From Clostridia bacterium (GTDB lineage: Bacteria > Bacillota > Clostridia > Oscillospirales > CAG-272): 64,000 nucleotides of DNA. This document shows positions 28,056 to 37,299 of this stretch, piece after piece; position 1 is the stretch's first letter; the number at the start of each line of letters is the position of its first letter. The stretch is taken from positions 3,521 to 67,520 of the forward strand of contig JAFSWB010000088.1 of assembly GCA_017444735.1 (NCBI GenBank), in the 5' to 3' direction. The notes below the pieces were generated by a model. That model was not told the origin of the DNA and did not search any database. It saw nothing but the letters and a program-made list of their open reading frames with translations. Position numbers and translations under genes: made by a program.

Positions 28056-28242
28056 GCGCTTTCGTTGAGGTCTCCGTCTTCAAACACTTCGCGCCTGCGG
28101 CGATTATGGTTCATTTGGGAGTTTTGCGCTTTTGCGCAAAACTCGGGCGAACAGCGGTTACGAGCGATCTCGCTTTTTTTATCTGTTCGCGCCGGACTGT
28201 TTGCTTACACGCGGCGGTTCGAATCCCGAATATAATCAGCTG

Positions 28243-28270
28243 AAAAGGGCGCCCTGTCGGGCGCCCTTTA
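28243..28270 (-). terminator. terminator of tRNA-Thr
   Basis: The minus strand reads AAAGGGCGCCC-GACA-GGGCGCCCTTTT immediately after the tRNA 3' end. Confidence 0.85.
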
Positions 28271-28271
28271 C

Positions 28272-28344
28272 AGCTGATGACGGGATTCGAACCCGTGACC
28301 TCGTCATTACCAATGACGTGCGCTACCTACTGCGCTACATCAGC
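28272..28344 (-). tRNA. tRNA-Thr (anticodon GGU)
   Basis: 73 nt, hand-folded. Acceptor GCTGATG/CATCAGC, D arm GCGC-AGTAGGTA-GCGC, anticodon arm CGTCA-TTGGTAA-TGACG, T arm ACGGG-TTCGAAT-CCCGT. No encoded CCA. Confidence 0.9.
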
Positions 28345-28356
28345 GTCAACGTGACT

Positions 28357-28385
28357 ATTATAGCAGACGAAGGGGGCGATGTCAA
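28357..28385 (-). promoter_or_regulatory. sigma-A type promoter of tRNA-Thr
   Basis: The minus strand reads TTGACA, a 17-nt spacer, then TATAAT, ending 12 nt upstream of the tRNA 5' end. Confidence 0.75.
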
Positions 28386-28500
28386 CATTTTTTTACGAAT
28401 TTTTTAAGGAGCGCCGCGACCCGCTTTTTCTTGACAAAACGGGCCCCCGCAGATTATAATAAAGACGAAAAATCCCCGACCCGAAAGGACTTTTCCGGGA

Positions 28501-31182
28501 ATGAAAACGAGAAGGATATTATCGCTTATAATAGCCGCCGTCATGCTCGCCGCTTCCCTGCCCGCGGCGGTGTCGGGCGGATACGTCGACGAGAACGTCG
28601 TCTGGCATCCCTACGTCTTCGACTGGGAGCCGATCGAACGCGGAGACGACGTCGTCCTCCGCCTTGCGATAGGAGGCGACTCCCATATTGGGAACTACTA
28701 TTACAAAGGAAAGCTCTCGACCGCTTACTCGGCGCTTGAGGTCATCGGAGGCGTCGACGCGCTGATCATCGCGGGAGACGTCACCGACGGAGGTCTGCCG
28801 GAGCAGTACGACGCCCTGATGGAGATCGTCAACGCGAACTCGCGGGAGGCGACGGTCGATATCGACGGGGTCGATATCACGGCGACAGGCTCGGCGGTCG
28901 GCACGACGATCCTCTCGATGGGCAACCACGACGGACGGACGACGCTCGACGGGAAAGGCTCTCAGGCGCTCTTTGAAAGCCGCACCGGGCAGGCGTTCAA
29001 TAAGCTCTACCGGCTCGCCGGTATCCCGATCATCAAGATGAGCCCCGGCGAGAACATCTGGGACGAGGGAACGTATCACGAATACGAGGACTTCATCCTC
29101 GGCGCGTTCGACGAGATCGACAGATCCGGGTACACGGGTCCGATCATCGGTATCGCGCATCACCCGATCCCGACCCCGTTTGAAGGGAAGTCGGAATTTT
29201 ACTCCGACGCGGAGCTCGCCGCCTTCGCGGCGCACCCGAATTTCATTATGTTCACCGGTCACAGCCATACGATGCTTTACGACACCGCGCGCGTCATCAA
29301 TCAGAGCGCCGGATTCACGCAGGTGAGGACCGGCACGCTCGGAAACGGTTACGGCGCGACGAACGGCGGCTCGGCGAGGAATCCGGATACGGGACGCATC
29401 AACACCCCGTACACTGACTCTCCGCTCCACTCCTGCCAGTGTCTTCTTGTCGACGTTCTCGCGGACGGCAGAGTCGTCGTGAAACGTCTCGATATCAACA
29501 AGGGCACGATCATCTTCGGCGACGAGGACTTCGTGATCGACCCGGCGACTCAGATCGATCCCTCCGGAGAGAAAGCCAACTGGTACGCGACCGGCCGCGC
29601 GAAGGGCACGTTCGGCGCGGGCTCGCGCGCTCCGTCCTTCCCGGACGGCGCTTCGGTCTCGATCGCCGACGAGGGCAATCACGACACGATAATCGTCACC
29701 TTCCCGAAGGCGACGCCCGCGTCGGACTCCGCTCGCGACTATCTCTGGAGATACCGCGTCAGGATCACCGATCCCGACGGCGAGAGCGTATTCTATAACT
29801 TCATGAACGATATTCACCTCATGCCTCAGCGCGACGTCTGGCAAGTGGCTGTGATCGGGCTTCTGCCCGGCGTCGACTACAAGGTCGCCGTCTGCGCGCA
29901 GACCGCTTACGGCGCGACGAGCGACTTCATCGAGTACGACGGCGTCGCAAACGTCGGCGTTCTCGAAACGACGTATCCTCCGGTTACTGTCGTCGATTTC
30001 AACGGCAAGGCGGAGGAGACGCACGGGAGGGAGGCGCTCGAGATCCCCGGCCGCTCGAAGATCGTCGAAAACTCCGCTACCGGAGGCGACGCGGTCCAGT
30101 TCATGGGCTTCGGCGGGTACGGATTCGCGTTCGGTCCCGACGATTTCGCCCGGATCAAATACTCCTACACTCTCGAATGTTATTTCAAAACGCCCGACGT
30201 GACCTCCGCCCAGTGTCTGCTCGGCTCGATAAACTCGGCGAACACCGCGCTCCGCATCGACGGCGGCGAGCTCTTCCTGTGGGGGATGTTCCGGTCCATG
30301 GCAAACAAGACTTCCGCCGACAGAATCGTAGCGAAAGCGCCGATAAAAGCGCGCGAATGGGTCCACGCGGTCGCCGTCTACAACGGGACCGAGGTCCGTC
30401 TCTTCATCAACGGCGAGCTCGCCGCGACGGGCAAGGTCTCCGGCGGTCTTGACGAACCCACGTACGTCGAGGATCCCGGCGACGGCGCGTTCTGGATCGG
30501 TTCGATGGCGTCGAAAAACGAGTCGAGCCCCGATATACGTCTCAACGTCGTGACGAAGACCGAGATCGGTATCGCGCGCGTTTACGAGGGCGCGATGACG
30601 GACGACGACGTGAAGGAAGCGTACCGCGGCGCGGCGGCGAAGAAGGCGTCCGCCGTCTTCCGCGACGTCGAAAAGGGCGCGTTCTACGAGGATCCCGTCA
30701 GTTGGGCGGTCGCCCGCGGCGTCACCGCCGGGACCGGTCCCGACACGTTCTCGCCGGAGGACGGCTGCACGAGAGGACAGGTCGTCACGTTCCTGTGGCG
30801 CGCCGCCGGATCGCCGGAACCCGCCGGAAAGACGAATCCGTTCCGCGATGTCGGAGAATCCGACTATTACTTCAAGCCGGTCCTGTGGGCGGTCGAAAAC
30901 GGGATCACCGCGGGGACGGGCAAAACGACCTTCTCCCCCTCCGACACCTGCACGAGAGGACAGATAGTCACGTTCCTGTGGCGTTCGTCCGGCAACCCGG
31001 CGCCGTCGAGCTCAAGCAATCCGTTCTCCGACGTAAAATCAGGCGACTATTTCGCCGACGCCGTTCTCTGGGCGGTCGGACGGTCGATCACCCTCGGCAC
31101 GGGCAAGACGACCTTCTCGCCATCCGACACCTGCACGAGAGGTCAGGTCGTCACGTTCCTTTACAGAAATTCATCAAAATAA
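28501..31182 (+). CDS. secreted SLH-anchored metallophosphoesterase / LamG-domain protein (paralog B)
   Basis: Signal peptide MKTRRILSLIIAAVMLAASLPAAVS. Same domain order as paralog A (GGDSHIG, GDVTDGG, GNHDGR, TGHSHT, LamG-like region, three SLH repeats). Confidence 0.8.
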   Translation: MKTRRILSLIIAAVMLAASLPAAVSGGYVDENVVWHPYVFDWEPIERGDDVVLRLAIGGDSHIGNYYYKGKLSTAYSALEVIGGVDALIIAGDVTDGGLPEQYDALMEIVNANSREATVDIDGVDITATGSAVGTTILSMGNHDGRTTLDGKGSQALFESRTGQAFNKLYRLAGIPIIKMSPGENIWDEGTYHEYEDFILGAFDEIDRSGYTGPIIGIAHHPIPTPFEGKSEFYSDAELAAFAAHPNFIMFTGHSHTMLYDTARVINQSAGFTQVRTGTLGNGYGATNGGSARNPDTGRINTPYTDSPLHSCQCLLVDVLADGRVVVKRLDINKGTIIFGDEDFVIDPATQIDPSGEKANWYATGRAKGTFGAGSRAPSFPDGASVSIADEGNHDTIIVTFPKATPASDSARDYLWRYRVRITDPDGESVFYNFMNDIHLMPQRDVWQVAVIGLLPGVDYKVAVCAQTAYGATSDFIEYDGVANVGVLETTYPPVTVVDFNGKAEETHGREALEIPGRSKIVENSATGGDAVQFMGFGGYGFAFGPDDFARIKYSYTLECYFKTPDVTSAQCLLGSINSANTALRIDGGELFLWGMFRSMANKTSADRIVAKAPIKAREWVHAVAVYNGTEVRLFINGELAATGKVSGGLDEPTYVEDPGDGAFWIGSMASKNESSPDIRLNVVTKTEIGIARVYEGAMTDDDVKEAYRGAAAKKASAVFRDVEKGAFYEDPVSWAVARGVTAGTGPDTFSPEDGCTRGQVVTFLWRAAGSPEPAGKTNPFRDVGESDYYFKPVLWAVENGITAGTGKTTFSPSDTCTRGQIVTFLWRSSGNPAPSSSSNPFSDVKSGDYFADAVLWAVGRSITLGTGKTTFSPSDTCTRGQVVTFLYRNSSK
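30658..31179 (+). repeat. three tandem SLH-domain coding repeats (paralog B)
   Basis: Three units ending in TFSPxDxCTRGQ(V/I)VTFL(W/Y)R. Confidence 0.8.
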
Positions 31183-31319
31183 AAAGAGACTGTTTTTCAT
31201 CCGATCCTGAAGATTTCATTTATGAGACATTGGATCGGAATCTTCCCGTATTGATGAAGAACGATATGCAAAAGACAGGGCTTACGGCGGATTATCTACC
31301 GTAAGCCCTGATTTATTGT

Positions 31320-31430
31320 TCAAATACCGAACGACCTGAACAGGAACGTCACTATCTGAGCTCTCGTACACGTCGCATCCGGTGAAAAATGAGTGGAGTC
31401 GGTCCCCTTTGTGACGCCGTTCTCATACGC
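31320..31430 (-). pseudogene. orphan 3' fragment of an SLH-domain gene
   Basis: The minus strand reads AYENGVTKGTDSTHFSPDATCTRAQIVTFLFRSFGI*. That is 36 codons, the last half of an SLH repeat. It is bounded upstream by an in-frame TGA and has no start codon. Confidence 0.55.
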
Positions 31431-31696
31431 TCATATTACCTTGATCGATACCCTCTAATACATTTCCGTACCAGTCTACTTTTCATTTTGAGTTATCTTC
31501 CGATAGATATTGAATTTGTCCTATGAATTCAATCATTCCGGCTGATTACAATAGCCGAAGGGAGAAGCTACTTCCTTACGCAGCCTCTCCCTCCCGTCCG
31601 TTTTTTTTGCTTTTCATGTTTTCCGTACGTGTTGAAGTTTCGGCTTCGGTATGGTATTATATAATTGATAAAAAACATCCGAAAGGAATTACTGTC

Positions 31697-32938
31697 ATGA
31701 TACCGACGCCCGAAAAAAGAATCGCTGAATTCGAGAAAAAAGGATTCGGAATGTTCATCCACTACGGTCTTTACTCCCAGATGGGAAAAGGCGAGTGGAT
31801 AATGTGCAACGGCCATATCCCCGAGGAGAAATACAGAGAGGAGCTTTTCAACTCGTTCACCGCGTCCGGCTTCGACGCGCGCGCGATCGCGCGCCTCGCG
31901 AAGAGAGCGGGGATGAAATACATCACCCTGACGACGCGCCATCACGAGGGCTTCTCCCTCTACGACACCTGCGGACTCTCCGACTACGACGCGCCGCACG
32001 CGCCCGGATGCCGCCGCGACCTGATCCGCGAATTCGTCGACGCCTGCGGCGAAGAGGGGATCATGCCGATGTTCTACCACACTACGCTCGACTGGCACGT
32101 CAAGTCATTCGACGAGGACTTTCCCGCCTATCTCAAATATCTGCGCGACAGCGTCGAGATCCTCTGCACGAACTACGGCAAGATCGGCGGTCTCTGGTTC
32201 GACGGAAACTGGTCGAAGCAGGACGCCGACTGGGAGGAGGACGCGCTTTACGCAACGATCCGCCGCCATCAGCCGGACGCCCTCATAATCAACAACACCG
32301 GGATCGGCGCGCAGGGCAGGCTCGGCAACCCCGAGATCGACAGCGTTACGTTCGAGCAGGCGCGGCCCGAGCCGATGAACCGCGAGGGAATGGAAAAATA
32401 CGTCGCTACCGAGATGTGCGGCACGATCAACGACCACTGGGGCGTCGGAGCGAACGATTTCAACTATAAATCCCTGCCCGAGCTTATCGAGACGCTCTGC
32501 GCGTGCCGCAGGATCGGCGCGAACTTCCTTCTGAACGTGGGACCCGCGGGCGACGGCTCTATCCTTCCGATACAGAAATGTCTGCTCGAGGGGATCGGCG
32601 ACTGGATCAGAGCTTGCGGCGGGTGCATCTACGACGCGAAGCCGACGGAGATCAGGGGCGACGGCAAGAACTTCGCCGTAAAGGCGGGAGGAAAGACGTA
32701 TTTCTTCATCCACGACCTCGGCATCTTCGGCCAGGCGCACGTCACCGTCGCCGGGAACGGCGAGGGGATCAAGTATTTCGAGAACGTCAAGGGTAAGGTC
32801 AGATCGATCCGCTACGTCGACAACGGCGAGGAGCTTTCCTTCATACAGAAGTGGAACGATCTCTTCATCTACGCGCCCGCCTGCCCGTACGGGTCGAACT
32901 ACGTCGTCAGAGTCGCCGAGGCGGAGATCGAAGAATGA
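31697..32938 (+). CDS. alpha-L-fucosidase (GH29)
   Basis: FGMFIHYGLYS...GEW..., TLTTRHHEGFSLYDT and GGLWFDGNW are GH29 hallmarks. The ATG at 31697 has a GAAAGGAA RBS. Confidence 0.85.
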   Translation: MIPTPEKRIAEFEKKGFGMFIHYGLYSQMGKGEWIMCNGHIPEEKYREELFNSFTASGFDARAIARLAKRAGMKYITLTTRHHEGFSLYDTCGLSDYDAPHAPGCRRDLIREFVDACGEEGIMPMFYHTTLDWHVKSFDEDFPAYLKYLRDSVEILCTNYGKIGGLWFDGNWSKQDADWEEDALYATIRRHQPDALIINNTGIGAQGRLGNPEIDSVTFEQARPEPMNREGMEKYVATEMCGTINDHWGVGANDFNYKSLPELIETLCACRRIGANFLLNVGPAGDGSILPIQKCLLEGIGDWIRACGGCIYDAKPTEIRGDGKNFAVKAGGKTYFFIHDLGIFGQAHVTVAGNGEGIKYFENVKGKVRSIRYVDNGEELSFIQKWNDLFIYAPACPYGSNYVVRVAEAEIEE

Positions 32939-33882
32939 AAACGGTGATCCTTGACGCGGGAACGCTCGGCGGCGACGTCGATCTCTCCCTTTTCGAGCGG
33001 TTCGGAGAAGTCGGGATCTTTGAAAAAACGGCCCCCGACGAGGTCGCGGAACGCCTTCGCGACGCCGATTTCGCCGTTCTCAATAAAGTGAAGCTGAACG
33101 AAAAAACGGTCGGCGACGCGCCCTCTCTGAAGCTCGTGCTCATCGCCGCCACGGGGTACGACAACGTCGACACGGCGTTTATGAAGTCCCGCGGCGTCGG
33201 CGTCTGCAACGTCGCCGGATATTCGACGGACAGCGTCTCACAGCTCACCGTGTCGATGGCTCTCGCCCTCCTCACGAACCTTTACGAGTTCAACTCGTTC
33301 GTCCGCGACGGATCGTACACGAAGAGCGGTGCGGCGAACCGACTCACGCCCGTCTATCACGAGATCGCGGGGATGACGTGGGGGATCGTCGGATACGGGA
33401 ACATCGGACGGCGCGTCGCCGACGCGGCGCGCGCTCTCGGATGCCGCGTCGTCGCGGTGAAACGGACGCCGGAGGACGGCGTCGAGCGCGTCACGATCGA
33501 CGAGCTGTGCGAGACGGCGGATATAATCTCCCTCCACGTTCCGCTGAACGACGGGACGCGCGGGATGATAAGCCGCGAGCGGATCGCGAAAATGAAAAAA
33601 AGCGCCGTCGTCATAAACGTGGCGCGCGGGGCGGTCGCCGACGAGGCGGCGCTCTGCGAGGCGGTGTCGGAGCGGCGGATCGGCGGTATCGGCGTCGACG
33701 TCTACTCGTCCGAGCCCTTCGGAGAGGATTCGCCCTATTACGCGGTGAAGGACGATCCGCGCGTCCTCCTGACGCCGCACATGGCGTGGGGATCGTACGA
33801 GGCGCGGGTGCGCTGCGTCGACGAAATGGTGAAGAACGCCGAATCATTCCTCGAGGGTGGAAAAAGATCGAGAATTGTATAA
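32935..33882 (+). CDS. D-isomer-specific 2-hydroxyacid dehydrogenase
   Basis: The start overlaps the fucosidase stop (ATGA). NAD-binding GIVGYGNIGRRVA, and a catalytic region NVARG...TPHMAW. Confidence 0.85.
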   Translation: MKTVILDAGTLGGDVDLSLFERFGEVGIFEKTAPDEVAERLRDADFAVLNKVKLNEKTVGDAPSLKLVLIAATGYDNVDTAFMKSRGVGVCNVAGYSTDSVSQLTVSMALALLTNLYEFNSFVRDGSYTKSGAANRLTPVYHEIAGMTWGIVGYGNIGRRVADAARALGCRVVAVKRTPEDGVERVTIDELCETADIISLHVPLNDGTRGMISRERIAKMKKSAVVINVARGAVADEAALCEAVSERRIGGIGVDVYSSEPFGEDSPYYAVKDDPRVLLTPHMAWGSYEARVRCVDEMVKNAESFLEGGKRSRIV

Positions 33883-33889
33883 TAAACCG

Positions 33890-33915
33890 GGCGGGGCTGT
33901 CGAAACAGCCCCGCC
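33890..33915. terminator. bidirectional hairpin between convergent genes
   Basis: GGCGGGGCTGT-CGAA-ACAGCCCCGCC. Confidence 0.7.
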
Positions 33916-33919
33916 GCGT

Positions 33920-34780
33920 TTATGCGTTTTTAATATCCCTGAATCTGACGGCCCGGCGGAACGCCTCGCCGACGTACTCCTCGTCCGTTAAGGAGGAATA
34001 GGGCGCCTCGCCGTTCCTGCCGCGCGAGGAGCTCTTTTTCAGCTCGAACGTGAGCGGGCCCTCAAATCCCGCGCCGTTGAGGCGGCGGGCGATCCCCTCC
34101 CAGTCGGCGACGCCGTCGAACGGGAGCAGATGCAGGTCGTCGCGCCACGTTATGACGCCGTCCGGCGAGCTGATCCCGAGGTTGTCGTTGAGGTGCGTCG
34201 AGAAAAGGCGGTCTCCGTAAACGCCGATCATATCCCGCCCCCGGTTGTAGCACATTTCGTGGCCGACGTCGACGCAGAAGCCGACGTGACCGTCGCGGGA
34301 AAATTCGTTCATCAGGGCGGCGAGATATTCCTCGCCCTCCGTGTTCTCGAAGGCGACGCGGACGCCGCGCTCCCCCGCCCTGTCGACGACCCGGCGGAAG
34401 AGGCCGATCCCCTCCCTTGTGATCGGGTGTTTTACCTCGAAGCCGATATACGCGTGACAGATCATAAGATCGACGCCCGCGTCCGCCGTCGCGTCGACGC
34501 ACGCGAGAAGCTCGGAAACGGTCTCCTCCGCGCCGTCGCCGCTCCATATACGGTCGAGCTTGTGAAACGGCGCGTGGACGGACTGAAAAAACGCCGAGCA
34601 TTTTTCCGCCGTCTCGCGCAGCTCGCACAGATCGTCGCCGTACCCGGCGAAAAAGCCGTCGAACCCCGCCTCGCGGAAAAGGCGTATCTGCTCCGTCCGC
34701 GAGAGCGAAAGATCGCCCGACAGATTGAGACACAAGAGATCCCTCCCGCGGCGGGAGGGATCCTTTACGTTATTCGTCAT
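33920..34780 (-). CDS. sugar phosphate isomerase/epimerase (xylose-isomerase-like TIM barrel)
   Basis: 287 aa from the ATG at 34780, which overlaps the upstream stop (ATGA). It has the VHAPF...AFENTEG...DVGHE pattern. The longer 409-aa track ORF is an upstream out-of-gene extension. Confidence 0.75.
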   Translation of the reverse strand: MTNNVKDPSRRGRDLLCLNLSGDLSLSRTEQIRLFREAGFDGFFAGYGDDLCELRETAEKCSAFFQSVHAPFHKLDRIWSGDGAEETVSELLACVDATADAGVDLMICHAYIGFEVKHPITREGIGLFRRVVDRAGERGVRVAFENTEGEEYLAALMNEFSRDGHVGFCVDVGHEMCYNRGRDMIGVYGDRLFSTHLNDNLGISSPDGVITWRDDLHLLPFDGVADWEGIARRLNGAGFEGPLTFELKKSSSRGRNGEAPYSSLTDEEYVGEAFRRAVRFRDIKNA

Positions 34781-35400
34781 TTCGCGATTTTTTCGATAAC
34801 GGGAGACAGGGCCTCCGCGAGCAGACCGCCGATGAAGCGCGATCCGTTGTCGTTCGGATGGACGCCGTCGTCGGACCAGTGGTACATATCGCGCTCGACG
34901 CTCGCCGCGGCGAAAAGCCCGTCGAGCGGCACGAAAGCGTCCGCGTACTCTCTCGCAAGACGGCGGGTGATGAGGATCTTTTCGTCGATATCGGGATGGA
35001 AAATCCGTTTGTCGGGGACGTCCATCACGAACTGTTCGAGGAGGACGATCCTCGCCTTCGTGTCTCTCTTTATCATCTCGAGGAGAAAACGGTAATTCGC
35101 CGCGAAGACGGTTGTGGGGATAAACGTCTTCGCCTCGGCGTGATGCCACGTGTCGTTGACGCCGATGAGGATAGTGACGATATCGGGCTGAAGGGCGATG
35201 CAGTCCTCGCGCCAGCGCGCCATAAGGTCCTTCGTCTGGTCGCCGGAGATGCCGAGATTGATGAACTCGAAGTCGACGCCGGGATGCTCTTCCCTTATGA
35301 ATTCAGCCGCGTATTTCGGGTAACCGGGACCCATATCGTGCGGGTCTTCCCTGTTTCTGCCGGCGTCCGTGATGCTGTCGCCCTGAAAAAGAATCTTCAT
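34777..35400 (-). CDS. SGNH/GDSL hydrolase
   Basis: MKILFQGDSITD (block I), GISGD, IGVNDTWH, and a C-terminal DGVHPN. The ATG at 35400 has an AAGGAG RBS. Confidence 0.8.
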   Translation of the reverse strand: MKILFQGDSITDAGRNREDPHDMGPGYPKYAAEFIREEHPGVDFEFINLGISGDQTKDLMARWREDCIALQPDIVTILIGVNDTWHHAEAKTFIPTTVFAANYRFLLEMIKRDTKARIVLLEQFVMDVPDKRIFHPDIDEKILITRRLAREYADAFVPLDGLFAAASVERDMYHWSDDGVHPNDNGSRFIGGLLAEALSPVIEKIAK

Positions 35401-35579
35401 CGTGAAACTCCTTATTGTTTTATTATGTCGGCGGGTCGGGACCCGCCTCATTTATCTTACCATATTTCCCGACCGTTTTCAACACGGAGCGCAAAAAATA
35501 ACTTGTGTCCGGGCCGGTTTTATGGTAAAATAATCGGGGACAAAATCCGCGCGCGCCGCGTGACATCCGGAGGTAAAAT

Positions 35580-37271
35580 ATGATACCGAGACCCGAGCAT
35601 CCGAGACCTCAGTTCATGAGGGAAAACTGGCGCTGTCTCAACGGCGTATGGGATTTTGAATACGATCAGGGAAAGAGCGGCGAGGCGCGCGGGATGCACC
35701 TGCCCGACGCGGAGTATTCGCTCAGGATAAACGTCCCGTTCTGCCCGGAGTCGAAGCTGTCCGGGATCGGGAACACCGATTTCATCAACTCCGTCTGGTA
35801 CAAAAGGACGGTCGAGATATCGGAAGACGAGCTGAAAGGACGCGTCATCCTCCGCTTCGGAGCCGTCGACTACGAGGCGACCGTCTTCGTGAACGGCAAA
35901 GAGGCGTTCTCTCACAAGGGCGGATACGTCGGCTTCGGCGGCGATATCACCGATTTTCTCACCCCGGGAGAAAACGTCCTGACCGTGCGCGCGGTCGACG
36001 ACACGAGAAGCCGGATGATCCCGTCGGGAAAACAGTGCCCGTGGTACCGTTCGACGGGGTGCTCCTACACCCGCACGACCGGGATATGGCAGACGGTGTG
36101 GCTCGAATTCGTCCCCGCCGTCCGGATCATAAACGTGAAATACGATACCGACCCGGAGAGCGCGGTCGTCATCGTCAGAGCCGCGGTAAACGGCGCCGGA
36201 ACGTTCCGCGCCGAGGCGTTCTACGAGGGACGCCCCGTCGGCGAGGCGGAAACGGCGACGGACGGCGGCGAAGCCGTCCTCCCGATAAAGCTCTCGGAGC
36301 GCCGCCTTTGGGAAGTCGGACACGGCCGTCTTTACGACGTCGTCCTCACGTTCGGAGAGGACACGGTGAAGAGCTATTTCGGCCTGCGCTCCGTCGCGCT
36401 CGACGGTCATCGCTTCCTCCTCAACGGAAAGAGCGTCTTTCAGCGGACGATCCTCGATCAAGGCTTTTACCCGGACGGGATCTACACCGCCCCGACCGAC
36501 GCCGAGCTCGAGGCGGATATCGACCGCTCGACGGCGCTCGGCTTCAACGGCGCGAGACTTCATCAGAAGATATTCGAGGAGCGTTTTCTCTACCACTGCG
36601 ACAGAAAGGGGTATATCGTGTGGGGAGAGTTCCCGAGCTGGGGACTCGAGGACAAACAGCCCGACACGATCTACGCGATCCTCCCCGAATGGCTCGAGGA
36701 GATCGCCCGCGACCGCAACCACCCGGCGATAATCGGCTGGTGTCCGTTCAACGAGACGGGCGACGGTCAGTACCGCGATCTGATCCGCGCCGTGTACCTT
36801 TTGACGAAGGCCGCCGATCCGACGCGCCCCGTGATCGACACGTCGGGATACGTCCACGTACAGACCGATATTTTCGACGTGCACGATTACGAACAGGACC
36901 CGGAGAAGTTCCGCGCTCATTTCGAGCGGTTCGCCGACGATGGAAAATTCACGTACAACCACGAATACACGCAGGAGTACCGCAAGGGACAGCCCGTCTT
37001 CGTCAGCGAGTTCGGCGGGATGACCCTCTCGACGGGCGACCGCGTCTGGGGTTACAGTCTGCTCCGGGACGAGGAGCAGTTTTACCGCAACTACGAGGCG
37101 CTCGTCAACGTCATGCTTGACAATCCGCGTATCATGGGCTTCTGCTATACCCAGCTGACGGACGTCGAGCAGGAGGTCAACGGCCTTTACCGCTACGACA
37201 GGACGCCGAAATTCGACGCGGACAGAATAAGGAAGATCAACGAACGCCCCGCGGCGATCGAGGACCGATAA
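35580..37271 (+). CDS. glycoside hydrolase family 2
   Basis: The sugar-binding N-terminal domain (LRFGAVDYEATVFVNGKE...HKGGY) and the TIM-barrel region NHPAIIGWCPFNE are typical of GH2. Confidence 0.8.
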   Translation: MIPRPEHPRPQFMRENWRCLNGVWDFEYDQGKSGEARGMHLPDAEYSLRINVPFCPESKLSGIGNTDFINSVWYKRTVEISEDELKGRVILRFGAVDYEATVFVNGKEAFSHKGGYVGFGGDITDFLTPGENVLTVRAVDDTRSRMIPSGKQCPWYRSTGCSYTRTTGIWQTVWLEFVPAVRIINVKYDTDPESAVVIVRAAVNGAGTFRAEAFYEGRPVGEAETATDGGEAVLPIKLSERRLWEVGHGRLYDVVLTFGEDTVKSYFGLRSVALDGHRFLLNGKSVFQRTILDQGFYPDGIYTAPTDAELEADIDRSTALGFNGARLHQKIFEERFLYHCDRKGYIVWGEFPSWGLEDKQPDTIYAILPEWLEEIARDRNHPAIIGWCPFNETGDGQYRDLIRAVYLLTKAADPTRPVIDTSGYVHVQTDIFDVHDYEQDPEKFRAHFERFADDGKFTYNHEYTQEYRKGQPVFVSEFGGMTLSTGDRVWGYSLLRDEEQFYRNYEALVNVMLDNPRIMGFCYTQLTDVEQEVNGLYRYDRTPKFDADRIRKINERPAAIEDR

Positions 37272-37299
37272 ACAAATATCCGAAAGGAGAAATAATAGA

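Noticed and set aside
28091-28102. 12-nt identity (GCGCCTGCGGCG) between this spacer and the RT-upstream RNA (56383..56394, opposite strand)
   Set aside because: A single 12-mer match is expected by chance many times in 2 x 64 kb of G+C-rich sequence. The flanking sequences do not extend the match.
28211-28240. Possible second tRNA or tRNA fragment (GGTTCGAATCCCG T-loop-like string on the plus strand)
   Set aside because: The flanking bases do not form a T stem: only 2 bp pair around TTCGAAT. No acceptor, D or anticodon arms can be drawn.
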